Shown in pieces: positions 36,047-51,000 of a DNA stretch of 64,000 nucleotides (positions within the stretch are counted from its first letter, which is position 1; the number at the start of each line of letters is the position of its first letter). Under the pieces are notes generated by a model. That model ran no database searches, had not been told where the DNA came from, and saw only the letters and a program-made list of their open reading frames with translations. The translations under genes and the position numbers were made by a program. The stretch lies in NCBI GenBank assembly GCA_010093815.1, contig ML996583.1. One strand, 5' to 3'. The DNA comes from Pseudovirgaria hyperparasitica. Its lineage: Eukaryota.

Positions 36047-39000
36047 AATGAAAGACTTTGAATAAAAAAAGGAATGACAATGGGATTGGACAGACAAGCC
36101 GTTAAGGAAAGTAAACTCTCCAAGTCAAAAGAAAATGAGTGTAGGGATCAGGTATTCAAATCGATGAGGCTCATTGATAAATAATAATCAACTGCGGTAG
36201 AGGAGATCCTTTTCATATATACTGTTGGTTGCCAAGGCCCGGGACGACGATAAATCAACACGTCCAAAGCATCACGTAACACCGGCACAACGAGATGGAG
36301 TAACAGACGAGTATCATACTGTAAAGTCCCCGGTGCTTGGCAAGACCAAATTACAGTCTTTGATGCTCGATATCCACTAACTAGTAGGAGCGTGGACCCC
36401 ATGTTCACTATCGTGACATGCCAGTACCCTGCAGTCCATTGGAAAAGCTAGCGAGGCATACGACTATGGCGCAAAATGGAAGGTGGTCGCTATCACTGGA
36501 TACGCTGTGAACCAACAGCCTTGGCGGATGCATAATTGGCATATCTTCTGCTGAGATTGCTCTCAAACTTAATCGTTGGCGTTGCTAAGCCTCATCCAAG
36601 GGTGCTGACGAGCTTCTAGATGGGGCCGATCATTTTACCCTGATTGCATTTCATGCAGCATCATGCAGATGTCAAGTCGTTAGCCTGCTTCTACTAGTGG
36701 GTGAATGTCATCTCCCATGTGGTCATGGCGTTCCTTTGAGTCGAAATGAAGTAATGGCCGAAGATGTTTGCAGGTTCAAAACTTATTCTAGCTTGAGAGG
36801 TGAGGTTAGTTCTCTCCAAAGAAGCAACAAGCAAAAGCACGGACCATGTGGATAGCCACGCAAGTGGGCAGATCTCAGACACTACTGAAACTCTATCCTA
36901 CCTATATCTATATTTGCTTTTCTTAGAATTCAACCTGCAACTTCTATATTAGGCATATGGAAGTATCAGCCTTATCAAGATACTACATCATTCTGCTGGT
37001 CAATTAGTTAGAAATGCTGAAGGACACAGCTGGTTGTAGTGTGGACAGCTCCGACTGATCCCAAAGCGAGTACAGGCAGGTGATAGAATGGCCAGCGGCG
37101 ACTATACTCAAATGTTGACCAGAGGTCCAACACAGCAGTATCAACAATAGCAATATGATCAAACCTTCGGAGGCAATTCCGGTTGCCAATTCTTTCTCTA
37201 GCGATCGCCTACAGCAATACGTCGCTCGCAAGCTATGACGCGTGCCAGTAGCATTAACGCATTATCAGGTCCAATTTTTACAGTCGAGCACACTCCGTGG
37301 TGCATTGGGACATTGAAGGTCTTCTCACGGGCCCAGATGCACGTTTCGTAGTGACTGCAAGATCTGCCCTCAAGTATCCATTATTTCGACGATCGATCCA
37401 TGCAAGGTCCACAACTTGGTCCGTCTCACGATCTCGCTCCAGGGTTTTCGGCGCTCTTCCGTAAAACATCGGATTGTTCTTGTTACCAGATCATACCTTC
37501 GCCAAGACAGGAGTTGTACCGTGAATTAGATCTCTGTCTTTCCGCACACATTGATACCATTTTTGAGACTTGCATCATCTCTGAATGTCACTACTTTCTG
37601 TCTGTCTATGCAATAATAATTGCTTTCTGTTACCAAAATCTGAGGGATCCAGCGATCCCGACATTCTGTATCTAGCGGTTTATTGTCCAAGGAAGTCCAT
37701 TATCCTGATGTAAGACGCTTAGATATTATCTGGGGTTTTGAAGAAGTCCAAGAGGACTTTCTAGCTCCGTCCCAGATTTTTGTCGACCGCGTAGTACTAA
37801 TCTCTTTTATGTCGACCTTGACAGGGTGTTTATGCTCTCTTCTCCATTTTGCAGCATTTTGATTCACATCATTGTCATGTCGTACATCGCAAGCCAGTGC
37901 CCTACTATCGATGATGGTCCATCTGGACAAGAGCTGCGCGGCCCATTTGTGGTAGTTTATCTATAATAGCAAGATCATTAGTCACGTAAATCAATCAAGT
38001 AGGCCTTATCATGTCGCGTAGAGGTTATATCTCCATATAGAAGCAGGAGCCTTACGCGCAGTGTTTCGTAACCTCCTCTGTTCTGATTCACTTTCTCTGA
38101 CCCACTTTTATTAAGGGGCTCACTCCCAACATTATACCACGGTAAGACTGCTTAGTATCGTATATTCTTGGACCATATGATGAATTCAATCCATAGTACT
38201 GTCTTACTGGTTTGATAGTCCAGTGGCATATTTTTCACCTCCAGAGGTTTTAGTGTAGGAGTGTTCTGAGGTCAAGCCCAGCTCTTCATATTTTGATCTT
38301 CTTTTCGCTCACCAGAAAGCGTTTTGATGTAATATCGGTTTCTTTGCTCACGCGTTCCTTTCAACGGTATTATGGTGCTAGAGAGAAGGTCAGAATAGCC
38401 ACGCAGTACTCCTACTACGACCAAATAGCCACGCGTCACTATCACTACCTGACAGTGACAGTCATACGGCTGGCTGGAAGCACTACCTATTGCTCGACCA
38501 AATCTCTTCTCGCTGCTCATAGTATCATCCTGGCATTCATATTCCGTTGTTGGAGTATCAATAATCTTCTTCGACGGAGATGCAGTTCAAGCTTCCGTTG
38601 ACCGTTGACGAGGCTTCGCTCTCCCCTGAAGGTCGAGGTCTCACAGGTCGCGCGGTAGAAAGTGTCGGAGGTCCTTTAGGCCAGTAGTCTGAGACTAGGG
38701 CAAGAAAAGTATGATAAGGGAGAGACTGAAGATGGAGTTTCGAGAAACAGTGAGGATACCACTGGAGATGGCAACTGAGCAAATACTGAGAAAACGAACA
38801 ACGAATCCGGCAGACTGGGCTTGCTATACCTTGAACAGCTGCAGACGCGCAAGATCCAACAACAACAACACCACCACCGCTGTGCCAGGTCGCGAAATCT
38901 CTTCAGTGGCCAAGTGAACAAGCCCCTTGCCACCAGAATCTCAACCACCAGAATCCCCCTCGCGCCGCCCAAGAAGATCGATCAGATACCTTCTCTTGGG

Positions 39001-39778
39001 GTATATAATAAACTTAATTATAATACCTTCGTCGCTAACGTCACTAGGCAACTTGGCACGATTGTCATATTTCATCGAACGATTGCTCTCGAGCACCGAT
39101 GCGGACCCGGTTCGATCCTCCTTCCTGCTATTCGATTCTGCTTTCGAGCCCTCCCTCCCTCCTCCTCCTCCTCCTCCTCTTGGCACACGTGCCCGCTCGT
39201 CCTCCCCGTCCTCCCTCCCTCCTTCCTTCCTTCCTTCCTCCTCCTCCCTCCTCTTGGCACTTGTGCCCTCAAATAAACCAACCCATTGTACAACGGGCAG
39301 AGTTTTCCCAGGTTCCCATCGAGGGCTTGGTCTTTTGCTATTTTGCACCGCCGTTCCCTGGGACAAAGAAGAGCATGCTAGATCGAAAGGGTCCAGGAAG
39401 AAGGCGGCCCGGGACACATGTGTGCTGTGCTTGCGTTGGGCATGTGTTTTGTTCGCAGAAAGATGCCAGCTTCTCTGGAATTGGCGTAGCAGTTGCGAAA
39501 AACAAATGATCAGCGGCGGGAGGCGATGCAAGGGAGACGAACAACAACACCAAGAGGAAAGTAGTAGTAGAGACCATTAAGAGAGTAGTAGAGTGAGATG
39601 TGATGATATCTTGAGAGGCATAAATGCAGAATATAACAAGAAACATGAACTGAAGCGATCCTTATATGACGATGGGAGTTCAACTCTCGCACCTTTCAAT
39701 AGGCTGAACTGAAGTATAGACGTTGAAAGAAGAAATGTACAGCGAAGCAGAGAAGGCACGAATCTACCCAACCAAACC

Positions 39779-41557
39779 CTACATCATCTGCATCGCAACA
39801 TGCAAGAGCGTCTCTTCCACACTCCGATACTCATCCATACCAAGGACATCCGCCGCAGTCGACGAGTCCCACATCTCGACATCGTCCGGCTCGCCCAACA
39901 GATCCGCCGCTCTCTCTGCCACGAGCTCTTTCATTTTTGCAACGTCAAAGTCTACATGGGTCGTCGCAGCAATGGCAGCGGCATCGCTGCCCGACGAGGC
40001 TGATTCTGCATTTCCTCGGAATCCGCGCTCGGTGGGGCTGGCTGCGCGATCGGCAGGCATATATGCACGGAGTAGCGGAGCCGGCCTGCATGCGTCGGAC
40101 ATGTCAACGTCTGACACCTGCATCCGCTCGGTATCTTGATAAGACAGCTGCCGTATTCGGTCCGCGTCTGGCCATGGGCAGGCGGTGGCTGGACTGTCAA
40201 TGCTGCACTTTGTATGCGAGACACCGATGGGTAATGTCATGGGGGACACATCAGCATTGGGAATCCATATCGGGGCGAGGTCGATGCCAGAGTCACGAGT
40301 CCTGTGTCGTCTAAATTGGGGCGATGGTAACGAGGTGCTTTCAGGGTCTGAGTGTGACTCTAATGGCGACGAGGATGTGAAGGCGGCGGTATGTTGGTGG
40401 TTTTTATGGTCGCGTCCGGAGTCCGGGGTTGGCGCATTAGTCGGACATGCATATCCCAGCGAGGAAGCATCGTGTTTGGGTTGGAACTGGTGCTTGTGTG
40501 ACGACTTCGGCGGTTCCGGGACTGGGTCATTTGGTTGACTGCGATACCGAGGACGGAATGCTAATGTGCTCGTCACGATCTCGTTGGAGTGCGCGAGTGA
40601 GTGCGATCTAGAGAATGTCCTATCGTTGCACCGTCTCGTTCGTTTCAAGATATCTGCGATTGCTTCCCCCATAGACTGGCGACAAGAAATTACTTGGCCA
40701 GTACACAAGGTAAAAGTACCGCCTCGTGCTGAGGGGATTACAGCGGCCTTTACGTGAGCAGACGCGAAATCCTGTGATGATTTAGCTTAATAACTTCAAC
40801 GGGCTGCAGAGATTAATCTCACCCTGACGTCGAGGTATTGTGCGCTGCTTTCTGCTAATTCGTCACAGGAGTTGGATGCACCATGCCAATCGTCTCCGAG
40901 ACTGCCACGTCCAATTGTTTGTAGATGAGGTCCATATATTGAAGGTGCTATGAGAGTAGTCAAAGAAAAATGAGGCTTTTGCCTGACCATGAACGCCCTC
41001 AGATCTTCTTCAATTAGCTCCAGCCCTGCGTTGCAAGCTGATATGTAGTCATCGGAGCAGACTTCGCCTAAATGTGTTGGATCTCCGCCGTCTCGATGCT
41101 TTTCAAAGATAGCTTGGCTCGGAAGCTCATTGTGGAGGATCCAGCTCCCAACCAAGCTTGTAGTTGTCGAGATTATGACATTCGTGACTCTTGGAGCAGC
41201 CACCTTCACAGTAAGCAGCAAGGCTGCGATCGATGCGGTAGCTGCATTGATAAGACTTCGATATGTATCGGCTGTGTTGAGTGTTGACGTCGGCGATAGA
41301 GCATAGACAACAGTGTCGAAGGGTGTAATGGTCCTAGTCAAGGCAGCTTCTAAAGCCATCCGGTCCATTCCTATCCTGATATCGGAATCCAAAAGTCGGT
41401 ATTGAGAAGCGGGGAAGGCATTTTCCACAATCTCAACTTCCTCTGGCGAAGAAACCATTGCGCGTACCGGCAGACCTGCATCAAGAAAGTGTTCAAGAAT
41501 TCGAAGCCCACTGAAGCTGGCGGCTCCTACAACGAGCACTCTTTGACATGATCTCAT
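39779..41557 (-). CDS. Atypical Gre2/aldehyde-reductase-like extended SDR with a large insertion, 575 aa
   Basis: RVLVVGAASFSG Rossmann-like start and KPHFSLTTLIAPSIYGP. Intron 40772-40822 joins YLDVR|DFASAHVKAA. C-terminal DSSTAADVLGMDEYRSVEETL. Confidence 0.75.
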
Positions 41558-42815
41558 ATTGTATAGTATGATGGGAGTTGACAATAACGAACAAACAGAC
41601 AGATGAATTATCTCTGTTCGAAGAGACGAGCTCGTGGACGACGTAGCGTGTAATATGTAGAAGCTATGCCAACATGATGCACAAGGAGTGGAGAACACGG
41701 GCTTGCTAGCCTGACGGAGATAATTGATGGGACATGGCAGGCTGAACCATTTGGGTGGTACTCCCCGGCTTGTCTTGAGTACGATGTCCGTTAGATGTAC
41801 AAGGCATGTCTGGACTTGGGCAGGTCATTCATCTGTCGGATCGCAAGTAAAGTAAGCGCCTGGTCGGGGTGTTGACGACCAGACCAGGATTGCCTTCAAG
41901 TGAATGCATCTCCGTGGGGTCCAACGAACCTGATTGTAGGTCGGAGTGAAACGAGAGGTATTGGCAAACAAAGGTTCTTCTGATCTGCAAGGCATAGATA
42001 ACAGACTCTACTGAAAGAAGTAATTGGGAGTGGCGGGATCTTGCAGATGGAGCCTGGTCGCAAACATATTGTCCGGAGCATACCAAGGATCCGCGAGCGC
42101 CCGTAACGGGCAACCATGTGGCCAGTAACGAAATTGTCCAGATTGTCAGTGCGCCCAACGACTGATGTCTTTCAGTTGTTCACCGTTGTACTTATTCTCC
42201 GCTTCAAGAGGATCCAGTCTACTCCAAATTTGCACTTATCCGCGACAGCTCTCAGACGTTCGTTTGGAAAGTAGAAGGCAGTCAATGTTCGTGATAGATG
42301 AGACTGGTTGAGTGATGTCAACTACTCGTTCAGTCCATCTAAGTAGAAGCCAGTTCGTCTAAGTGAGAGCCAGTCCATAATTCGGAAACATGCCCTTCAA
42401 TGTATGGCATGACCCGAGCGGACGTTTGGCTATGAAGTTGAGTCTGCTTTAGGGAATCGTTATAAGGGCAGAACAGTCTCATTGCCGGTAGCAAGGAATT
42501 GGCCACAGGACAATATGCATGGTGTTGCAAGGTGGCTGGAGTTGGGCAATGGATGGATCGGACTGTGGGGATGGAAGTCCGTAGTGTTGAGGCTTAGTCA
42601 GTAACTTTTGATCCAGCACCGTGACGTCCTCTAGGAGTCTGGCCGTCTCTCACACTTTGAATCTGCTTCGTCAGTCGCCCATCACAAAAGGACAGTTAGG
42701 TAGCACTGTTCAGATTGCCATGGACGGATAGTTTTATTCCCGTATTGGCTTGGTCACCATCTATACTATGGTACAGGTCCGTTCCATAATGCTATAATAA
42801 CCCTGTAGAACTACT

Positions 42816-44155
42816 CTACTCCAGTAACGACGCTTGATTAGTGTATAGCACATCCACCACGTTGCTAAGCTTTTCGATGGTGTCTAGTGCAGCATCATAG
42901 CTTTGATCTCGTTCTGCTTCATCGTAGACAATTAGGCAACCGGCGCCTTGATCGAGGACTCCGACAATGACCTTATCCAAGATCATCTGCGACAGCTTGC
43001 GCTCCACTTGATGTGTGTCTAATCCTACCATCTTTGCGATGTGCTCAATCTCGACCCGACTGAAGGGCTCGATAACCTTTATGAGATTTTGCTCCAGCAT
43101 AGCGTCATACAGTCTGCGCAGATGGTTCGCGATGAATCGATCACTGCCCAGTTCTGTACGGTAGTCCATCAGCGCTCTCTCATATTCTTCCAAGCTCCTG
43201 TTTGTGTGCGCACGTGCTACTGCCTTCATGGCGTCCAGATTCTTCCCCGCGTATTTGATAGCGTGCTTCGAAGTCATGAGATTGTTGACGTCGTCGCCGA
43301 GATTGAGCATAATCTTGCAAAGTAGCATGTACTGTAAAGCAGATGTCGCCTTCAGCGCTTCGTCCTGAGAATGGTAGCCTTCCATCGCTTCGATGAAGTA
43401 AGAGAATGCAGTGTTGAAATCTTTATCTTCAGCATGCAGCATGCCACTCTGCATGTCCAAACCGGCTTGTAGCAGCGGTGGTGTGTACACAGATGCAGCC
43501 GATGTTCTTGCTGAAGTTAACGCCGCCCGCCCTTTTGGTACATTGCCAAGTGCATGGTAGACACGCGACTCGAGAAGCTGTACCTCCACCAGGACCAGCT
43601 TGTCATCTAATCTCTTGAGTTCTTTTAGAAGGCTGTTGATGAGCGTGAGTGCGTCATAGTATGACTGCTTCTGCATGTGAAGTGATACGAGACGAGTTTC
43701 GAGATTTTGCCGCAGGAAACCTCTTCGCTCTTCTATTGCCCAATCTATGCTAGACTTCGTGACGGAAATCTGGATGTCGAGAGTATTCGGAATGTCGGTA
43801 AAGAAGTCCAAGAGCTGTCGCACTGAGGGCAGACAGTTAGTGATATATACTTTTGAGTGTACAAAGAAGCTAACATACCAAGCTTTGCAGTTTTGGCCTT
43901 TGCAAACGATGAGAGCGCTGATCTCGTTGTCCGCACAAGCTCAGCTAGCTCGTCCACCTTCTTCTGATCTCGATATAGTTCTCCAAGTCCCACCAGAGCA
44001 ACTTCAAAGTTCTTCACTGCCGCATCACTAGAGCCAGGTTCCTTCAACAGGACATCTTTGTAGATCTGTTCGGCTTTGCTGGGACTATTCTTCGCCAGCT
44101 TCTGAGCTTCTTCGATGCGTTTGGCGTCTTCCACGGCGCTTGGGGCGGGCGCCAT
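42816..44155 (-). CDS. RPN6: 26S proteasome lid subunit Rpn6, 427 aa
   Basis: FAKAKTAKLVRQLLD, RRGFLRQNLETRL, DFNTAFSYFIEA and the PCI domain VERKLSQMILDK. Intron 43823-43878. Confidence 0.96.
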
Positions 44156-45096
44156 TGGTGCCGATGGACTGTTCGAGTTTGCAGGGGGATTCGAGGAGGT
44201 CGACAAGATTGCACAGTTGACGCAAGTGTGTAAATGCTGTAAGATGAGATGCGGCGGGCGTAGCTGTTGAAACACCCACCACCAGCCTGAGGATGTCTTG
44301 GAAGGTGATCGGGAGCTTTGGGAGGTTACATAAGCACATCAGAACCGGTGATTGGTGCAGTGCAGCTCGTACTAGCGCTTCTGGCACCTGGCACGCGTTC
44401 CTAACAAAGGTCCATTATTGTCACCACTATTATTGATTGTTTAGTGTCGCGAACTTCTTGGTTGACAGCCGTGCCGTACCGCTCATGCATAGGAGAGATA
44501 TCATCTCCAGCTAAATTACAGAGTCTGAGACAGTTCAGGAAATGGTTGGTTGTATCGTATGGAGCTGATGCTCATTGGGCCCATTTGTCGTACCAAGTCA
44601 AGAATTGCGAACCTGAGGCACCCATGCGGCCATTTCTCACGTTCTTATTTTCGGACGAAGTCGCCCAAAGCAGATGCATGCTCAGTCTTGTCTAGATGAA
44701 TTTGAACCAATCTCAACATGACACGAAATAAGCGCTGGGGCTTTCACGCGCGAGCGCCATTCCATAGGTTTGGTGCAGGCAAAATGGGTTGATCGTCGTC
44801 ATCGCTCGTATCTATGGCAACCGCGCTAGTGGCCCTTGTTGTGCTTAACTTGGGCGACGGTCTACAAAATATACTGCTCTACCCTACGCGACCTCTTTAT
44901 ATACCCACGTCAACGTTATCCTGCTACAACATTGCATTTTGCATTTGCTCCCCATATTACACTTTCGTTGCGATCGCGATTAGCTACTCATTATGCAGAT
45001 GGTTTAGCTTGAGCTAAATTACTGCCTTTTGCGACCAGAGGCTCAGCTATTTACCAACCGATATACATATCGTCCGAAATAAATTCCACTCTAAAG

Positions 45097-48000
45097 ATGT
45101 CTTCAGTAGACAGAGACTCCTCACGCGAGCGTGAAATGGTAGTAAAGCACCAATACTCATTCTCATCAGATGGCAGTCGCATGAGCATACCAATGTAGGC
45201 ACTATGTCCCAACAACACCCTGCCATTCATAGCTTGACGCACAAGTGACTGACGTGATTATGTACCAGGTGGGACAGCTCAGATCCAGAACGCGCACCAC
45301 CGCCTTTACCGTTAAATCCCAATCCCAATTCACCGTCAGTTCGCCCAAACACGTCTGCAAATATCGCAGCGGCTGCGAGAGCCTTTGAAGAGAAAGCACG
45401 CGAGAGTGCCCCAGCCAGCTCATATACCGTCAACCCTATGCCACAGAAGTCTCCCGAACGGTCTTTGATCAAAGGCGCACATCATAGGCGGCTGCAATCG
45501 TTGCAGCCCCCAAATGTGAAGGATCTCCGAAGTCACCTTGATGGCGTCAGAACACCCGAACGCTCACCAGAACGACCAGGCACGCGGAATGGAACGCCTT
45601 TATTCGGCCGTGAAATCGATCGAGACTATTTGGGTAGTCCAGGAGAGAGGAGTCCCTCACGCATTGAGACGCCCACGCCAACAATCAGAGACTTTGCAAA
45701 AGAAGCTTCGAGCGTCCGGGGCAGCAGCCGGCCTCCTCCTAGAGCTATACTCGGCGAGAATACACCTCCAACTTCTTCTACTATGCTGGCGTTGCAGAAT
45801 TTGCAATTGAAGGACTTCGACAAGCCATTATCGGACATCACAAATGGATCAAGTCCACGAAAGCCACCAGGGATTGACGACATTTCACATCAGATCAGAA
45901 GCCTTACAACCATAGCGGAGAAGCTCAAGGATGACATGGAGCAGCTTAGCCGGCGAAGCAAGGACAATGCCGTGGATCTCATGGGTCTGAAAGACGCAGC
46001 TTCGGCACGTGACGAGGATATCCGAAAAAGCCTGAAGGAACTCGTCAGCACCATGAACAACTCCCCAGCGGCCTTTCTAGGCATGACGAGCTCTCTATCC
46101 CGGTCGGGGAGTGCTGCTAGCGATGCATTCACGACAGCTCGGGACCCTCACACCACTCCGCAAGCTGTCCCAAAATCTTTCACTTTGCCTAGAATACCTT
46201 CGCCGGGCACTTTCTTTGAAGATGTCGTCGGAAGCCCGAATCCTTATTCGGTCGAAGGAGCTGCGAGTGTCGCTATGCTTGAGAAGATTATTAGGGAGAT
46301 GGTCACTAAGGAAGGCCAAGAAAGGCTATTGAAAAATCTCTCACAGCTCCTCGAGAAGGCACGAGAAGATTCCGGCGAAACTGCGAAAAAGGTGACGGAA
46401 CTAGTGGAGTTCATCAAGACAGGACCACAAAGCCAGGCGCTTATTCGACACCCTAGCAGCGCTGATAGCAACGGTCCAGTCTCAGCTGTTGATCTTGATG
46501 GAACCGGGTCGATAGCCTCCAAAAACTTCCAGATGCCACACCTCGCTCACCTCACCAAGCCATACACAAGCCCGAAGGCCGCGGATTTCGTGAGCGAGGA
46601 GATGCTCAAGCTGCTACGAAGGATCAAAGATAGCGTTTCAGAATCGGGCGGCATGACTTCAGAGGTCAAGGCTCTTGTACGTGATCTCCGAAGTGAGGTT
46701 CTCGGCATGGGTAGAGAAATTGGCCGCAAATTGGAAGACAGCGAGACGACGTCAGATCGAACCGTCGTTGACAGCAAAGAAGATGTTGGCCAAATCGTAC
46801 GTGACAGCCTCCAGGAACTGAGAGATCAAATGGATCGTGTCATTCGTGAAAAGAGGCGCCAATCATCATCGACAGTCATGTCTCGAAGTACTGTTAACAA
46901 CCAGGAGGTCTACGATGTCGTCAAGCATGCCTTGGCCGAGCGTGGTCTTGATCAAGTCTCCGCGCAGGCTCAGCAACAAGGTATTGATAAGGAGTCAATC
47001 CTGGAAGCTGTGAAAGAAGCCTATGAAGCCTACAAACCCGAGATTGAGCTACAACAATTCGGGCTGGAGCGCGAGGAGATTCTTCAATGCTTAAAAGAAG
47101 GACTCGAAGAGTATCGACAATCGGCCGAGCAGCCACCTCGCGGCATAGAACGGGAAGAACTCATGGAGACTGTACAAGAAGCATTGATGAATTTTAATCC
47201 CCCACGACCAACTACTGAAGCAGATGAAGTACGTCAAGAAATGATGGCCGCGTTCCGGGATTGTCTTGATGAATTCAAACCAAGCCTTAATGATCGTGAG
47301 GCTTCTAATCCCCGGGAGCTGGAAATCAACCGTGATGATCTTTTCGATGCAGTCCGAGCTGGTCTCGAGGGCTCTCGCACCCCAATTGGGGCTCAAGTTC
47401 TGGATAGATTACATGATATCCTGACTGATATGCGGTCCGAGTTCAAGTCATATTCATCTGCCAATGGACGAGACACTGAGCAAGTTCTGGACGCCATGAA
47501 GGATGGTCTCGAGACTCTTCGCACCGAAATCGAGAGCTACGTCGACAAAGCCCAGGACGTCACGGGCAAGGACGAAATCATTGAAACTATTCGCAATGGC
47601 TTCGAATCTCTCAGAGGTGAATATGAACAATCTGTATTGAATTCAGCGCAAGAGGGCCCTAGCATGAGCAAGGCAGATATTCTCGCCTACATCAAGTCTG
47701 AGTTCGAGCATCTACACGAGACGATCGGTCCCAACGGGGCTCCAGGGTTGGACAAGGATGAAATGGCCTCGATGCTCAAATCATGTCTTTCTGAACTCAA
47801 GGCTGGTGTACAAGCACTTGAAGAGGAAGACGGCCAGGACGTGAAGCAGATGCTTATGAGTGAATTCGAGCGGCTCCAAGAATCTCTCGCCGAAACACAT
47901 GCGTCTAACAAGGACGAAATTCTAAGTATACTCAAAGAGGAGTCCGGCAGCATCGTTTCTCGTTCAGAACCTTCTTCGCAGTCAAGCGAGGACCTGATTG

Positions 48001-51000
48001 CATACATGAAGGAAGAATTCGATCATCTACGGGAAACACTCGCAGCGACCTTGATTAACTCTAGCGCCGCTATGGCGAAGGACGATATCCTCGACGCGAT
48101 CCGCGAATCCACTGAAGGCATACAATCGAAGATGCAAGACTCCGAACAAGGGTTGACCACCGAGAAGCTGACAGAGATCCACGAAGAGATAAAATCCCTT
48201 CAGGATAGTATCACTTCTAGCATGGTTATGGGACAGCCAAGTGCCGGCAAGGAGGAGATTTTAGATGCCATCAGGACAGGTCTAGAGGGTCTGGATCTCT
48301 CCAGAGGGACTGACAACGAAGCACAAGAAACTTTGCGTGCCGATCTCGACAGTCTCCGACAAATGATCTCTCAAGGCATCACTCTCCGAAGTTCGGGAGC
48401 GGACACGGAAGAAGTACTGGATGCTGTCCGCTTAGGCCTGGACGATCTACGCTCACACCTAGAGAAAAAGATTGATAATCCTGAACGCCACATGTCCGCT
48501 ACCAACGAGCTCTTGGACGTACTTAACGATGGACTAGACTCTCTCCGCGCAGATGTTACCAAAATTGTGGACAAGCCTGTCGATATGACAGTCTCGTATG
48601 AGATCTTGGAGACACTCAAAGATGGCCTCAGTCGCCTCCGCGAAGATATGAATCAACTTAAAGGTGTGGATATGACAGGCGGGGAATCTGCTATCATCAG
48701 CCGCGAAGTTGTGCTTGCAGATGATCCAGATGCGCCTGTGGCGCGCGATGCACAAGATTCGATACCCTCTGCCGAAGTGTTTCACCGCCAGGATTTCGAG
48801 AAAATAGAGGTTGCCCTAGCACAGATCCAGATCAAAGTGGAAGCAATGGATGCGAATATACAAAATCCAATACCAGCTCCTCCAAATGAAGTAACAGAAG
48901 ATCCAGTGCTCAAAGAAGACATTGCATCGATCGAAGCAATGCTCAAGGAGCTCCAAGCTACCGTCTCGGTCATCGCATCACGGGACAGCGAAGGAAAAGA
49001 AGACACCGAAGCTATTGAGACTCTTCTGAGGAACACCAAGGCCAAATTAGACGACCTAGAGTTTCCTGATCTTACTACTCTAGCCTCGAAGGAGCATCTT
49101 GATATCATTGAAGCCGGCCTGAAGGTTGTCAACGATGCCGTGGATGGCCTTGCCGCCAAGTCTGAGGAGTCAGGTGCTTCAAAGGCTGACGTTGCCGTGG
49201 TCGAGGTCCTCGCTGGTGACATCAAAGCTGCTTTGGAAGCATTGGTCGCCAAGTCTGAAGAGTCAGGTGCTTCCAAAGCTGATGTTGCTGTGGTTGAGGT
49301 CTTGGCTGGTGACATCAAAACTTCATTGGGAGAATTCAAGGACATATTCACCACTAAGGAATCGGAAATGATGACAAAAGCCGATCTTGACGTCTTAGGC
49401 GTCCTGTGTACCGAGACGAAGAACAAGATCGAAGAGCTCAAGATCCCTGACAGCGATTCTCTTCCCGCAAAGGCCGATGTAGACCAACTCAGAGGTCTGC
49501 TTCATGATTTCCGTGAAAGTCACGACAAAATGAAGGAAAGCTACGAAATGGATATTGCTATCACCGCAAAGGCATTTGATGATCGAAAAACTGAAGCCGA
49601 GGTGATGGTCGAGAAGATCGGGAATGTCAAATCCGCAATGGAGGAATTCAAGGAAGAGCTGTATAAGAAGCTGGAAGAGGGTTTAGGAATGGAAGGCGTC
49701 AAAGAGAATGTGAAGAGTCTCGAGGAAACCATCGCAACCAACTTCAGTATCAATGCTGACGTCAAAGAACTCGTCGAAACTGTCAACAGAGAGTTTGAGA
49801 GGCTACAAGGCGCTGCTGATGGCTTGAAGATCGACCAAGACGAGAAGCTCGCTACTACACTGGAAAAGAATCACGAGATCCGCGATGCTGTCGTTGAAGA
49901 AGTCTCGAAAAAGCTCGACGAGAGGTTTGACTCCATCATGGCGAAATACGATGATACTACGATCTTAGCCGAGGCATCAGTCAAGCTACTCGAGGAGAAA
50001 GCTACCAGTCAAGAGGAATTACTCTCGGGAGCCAAAGCAATGACTGAGGACTTGAATCTGACAATCGCAACTCTCGGCACAGCTTTGACCTCCTTTCAAA
50101 CAACATTTACCGAGGTTTCCGAGAAAGCATCCCAAGACTCTCAGACAGTATTTAGCAAAGTAGATGAGATGGCCTCAAAGCTCAACGACCTTCCGACAGA
50201 CGGCCGAGCAGATCATGAGGAGACTCGTAGCAAAGTGGTCGAAACTCTTCATGCTGTTCATGATATGCAGAATGAGATAACGGAGCACCACCCGAAGTTT
50301 ATGGTCACGCTTCAGGAGGTTTTGGCTCTCGTCAATCAACACTATGAACACTCCCAGAAGGCTGGGCAGAGTGCGCAAGAGCAGATCAAAGAGGCGACCG
50401 AAGCTGCCCGAGCGAACGCAGAGGAGTTAAAGAACAGTTTCACAGCTCTTCCCGCGCTTCTGCCGCCCCCGCCCGCTGACCCAATCCATGTGGAACAGTA
50501 TGATGATGCCCAGCTTCATGAGAAGTTGGACACTTTGCTTGGACACGCCAACGATACTGGGGAGTCAGCAGCGCAACTTGAAAGGCTTGATCAAATCCAT
50601 TCTCAAGTCATGGCTACGGCCGCAGAAGTCACTAATTTCGTATGCAACCAGACGAAATTGATAACTGAAGGCCATGAAAGCAGAGAGAAGGAAGCCGAAG
50701 AACTCGCGATCGCCATTGAGCGTCGCCTGGTCCAGAAGGAACAGCTCGAGTCCGATGTTCTCGAGCTCCGGGAAGATAAGGAATCTTTGCGATCGTCTGT
50801 TGAGGCGCTCAAGGCTGAGCGTGATGCTCTAGCTGCCGAGAAATATCGCCTTAATGCAGATGTTGCTGCTTTCCAAACCGCACTCAACATCCGCCGTGAA
50901 GAGCTACAGTCAATGGATGCCAAGGCTGATGCATTGGAGCGCAGAATTCTAGAGGGCATAATGGACCATTCTCGTGCGATGTTGTTCGCCAAGTCTGCAA

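Noticed and set aside
36400..39700. Possible gene or transposon relic in the 3.3-kb intergenic region
   Set aside because: Only short motif-less ORFs and simple repeats; I saw no TIR, LTR, transposase or RT motifs.
44156..45096. Rpn4/PACE site for RPN6 and an MCB box (ACGCGT 44393-44398)
   Set aside because: No GGTGGCAAA match was found, and a single hexamer is expected by chance.
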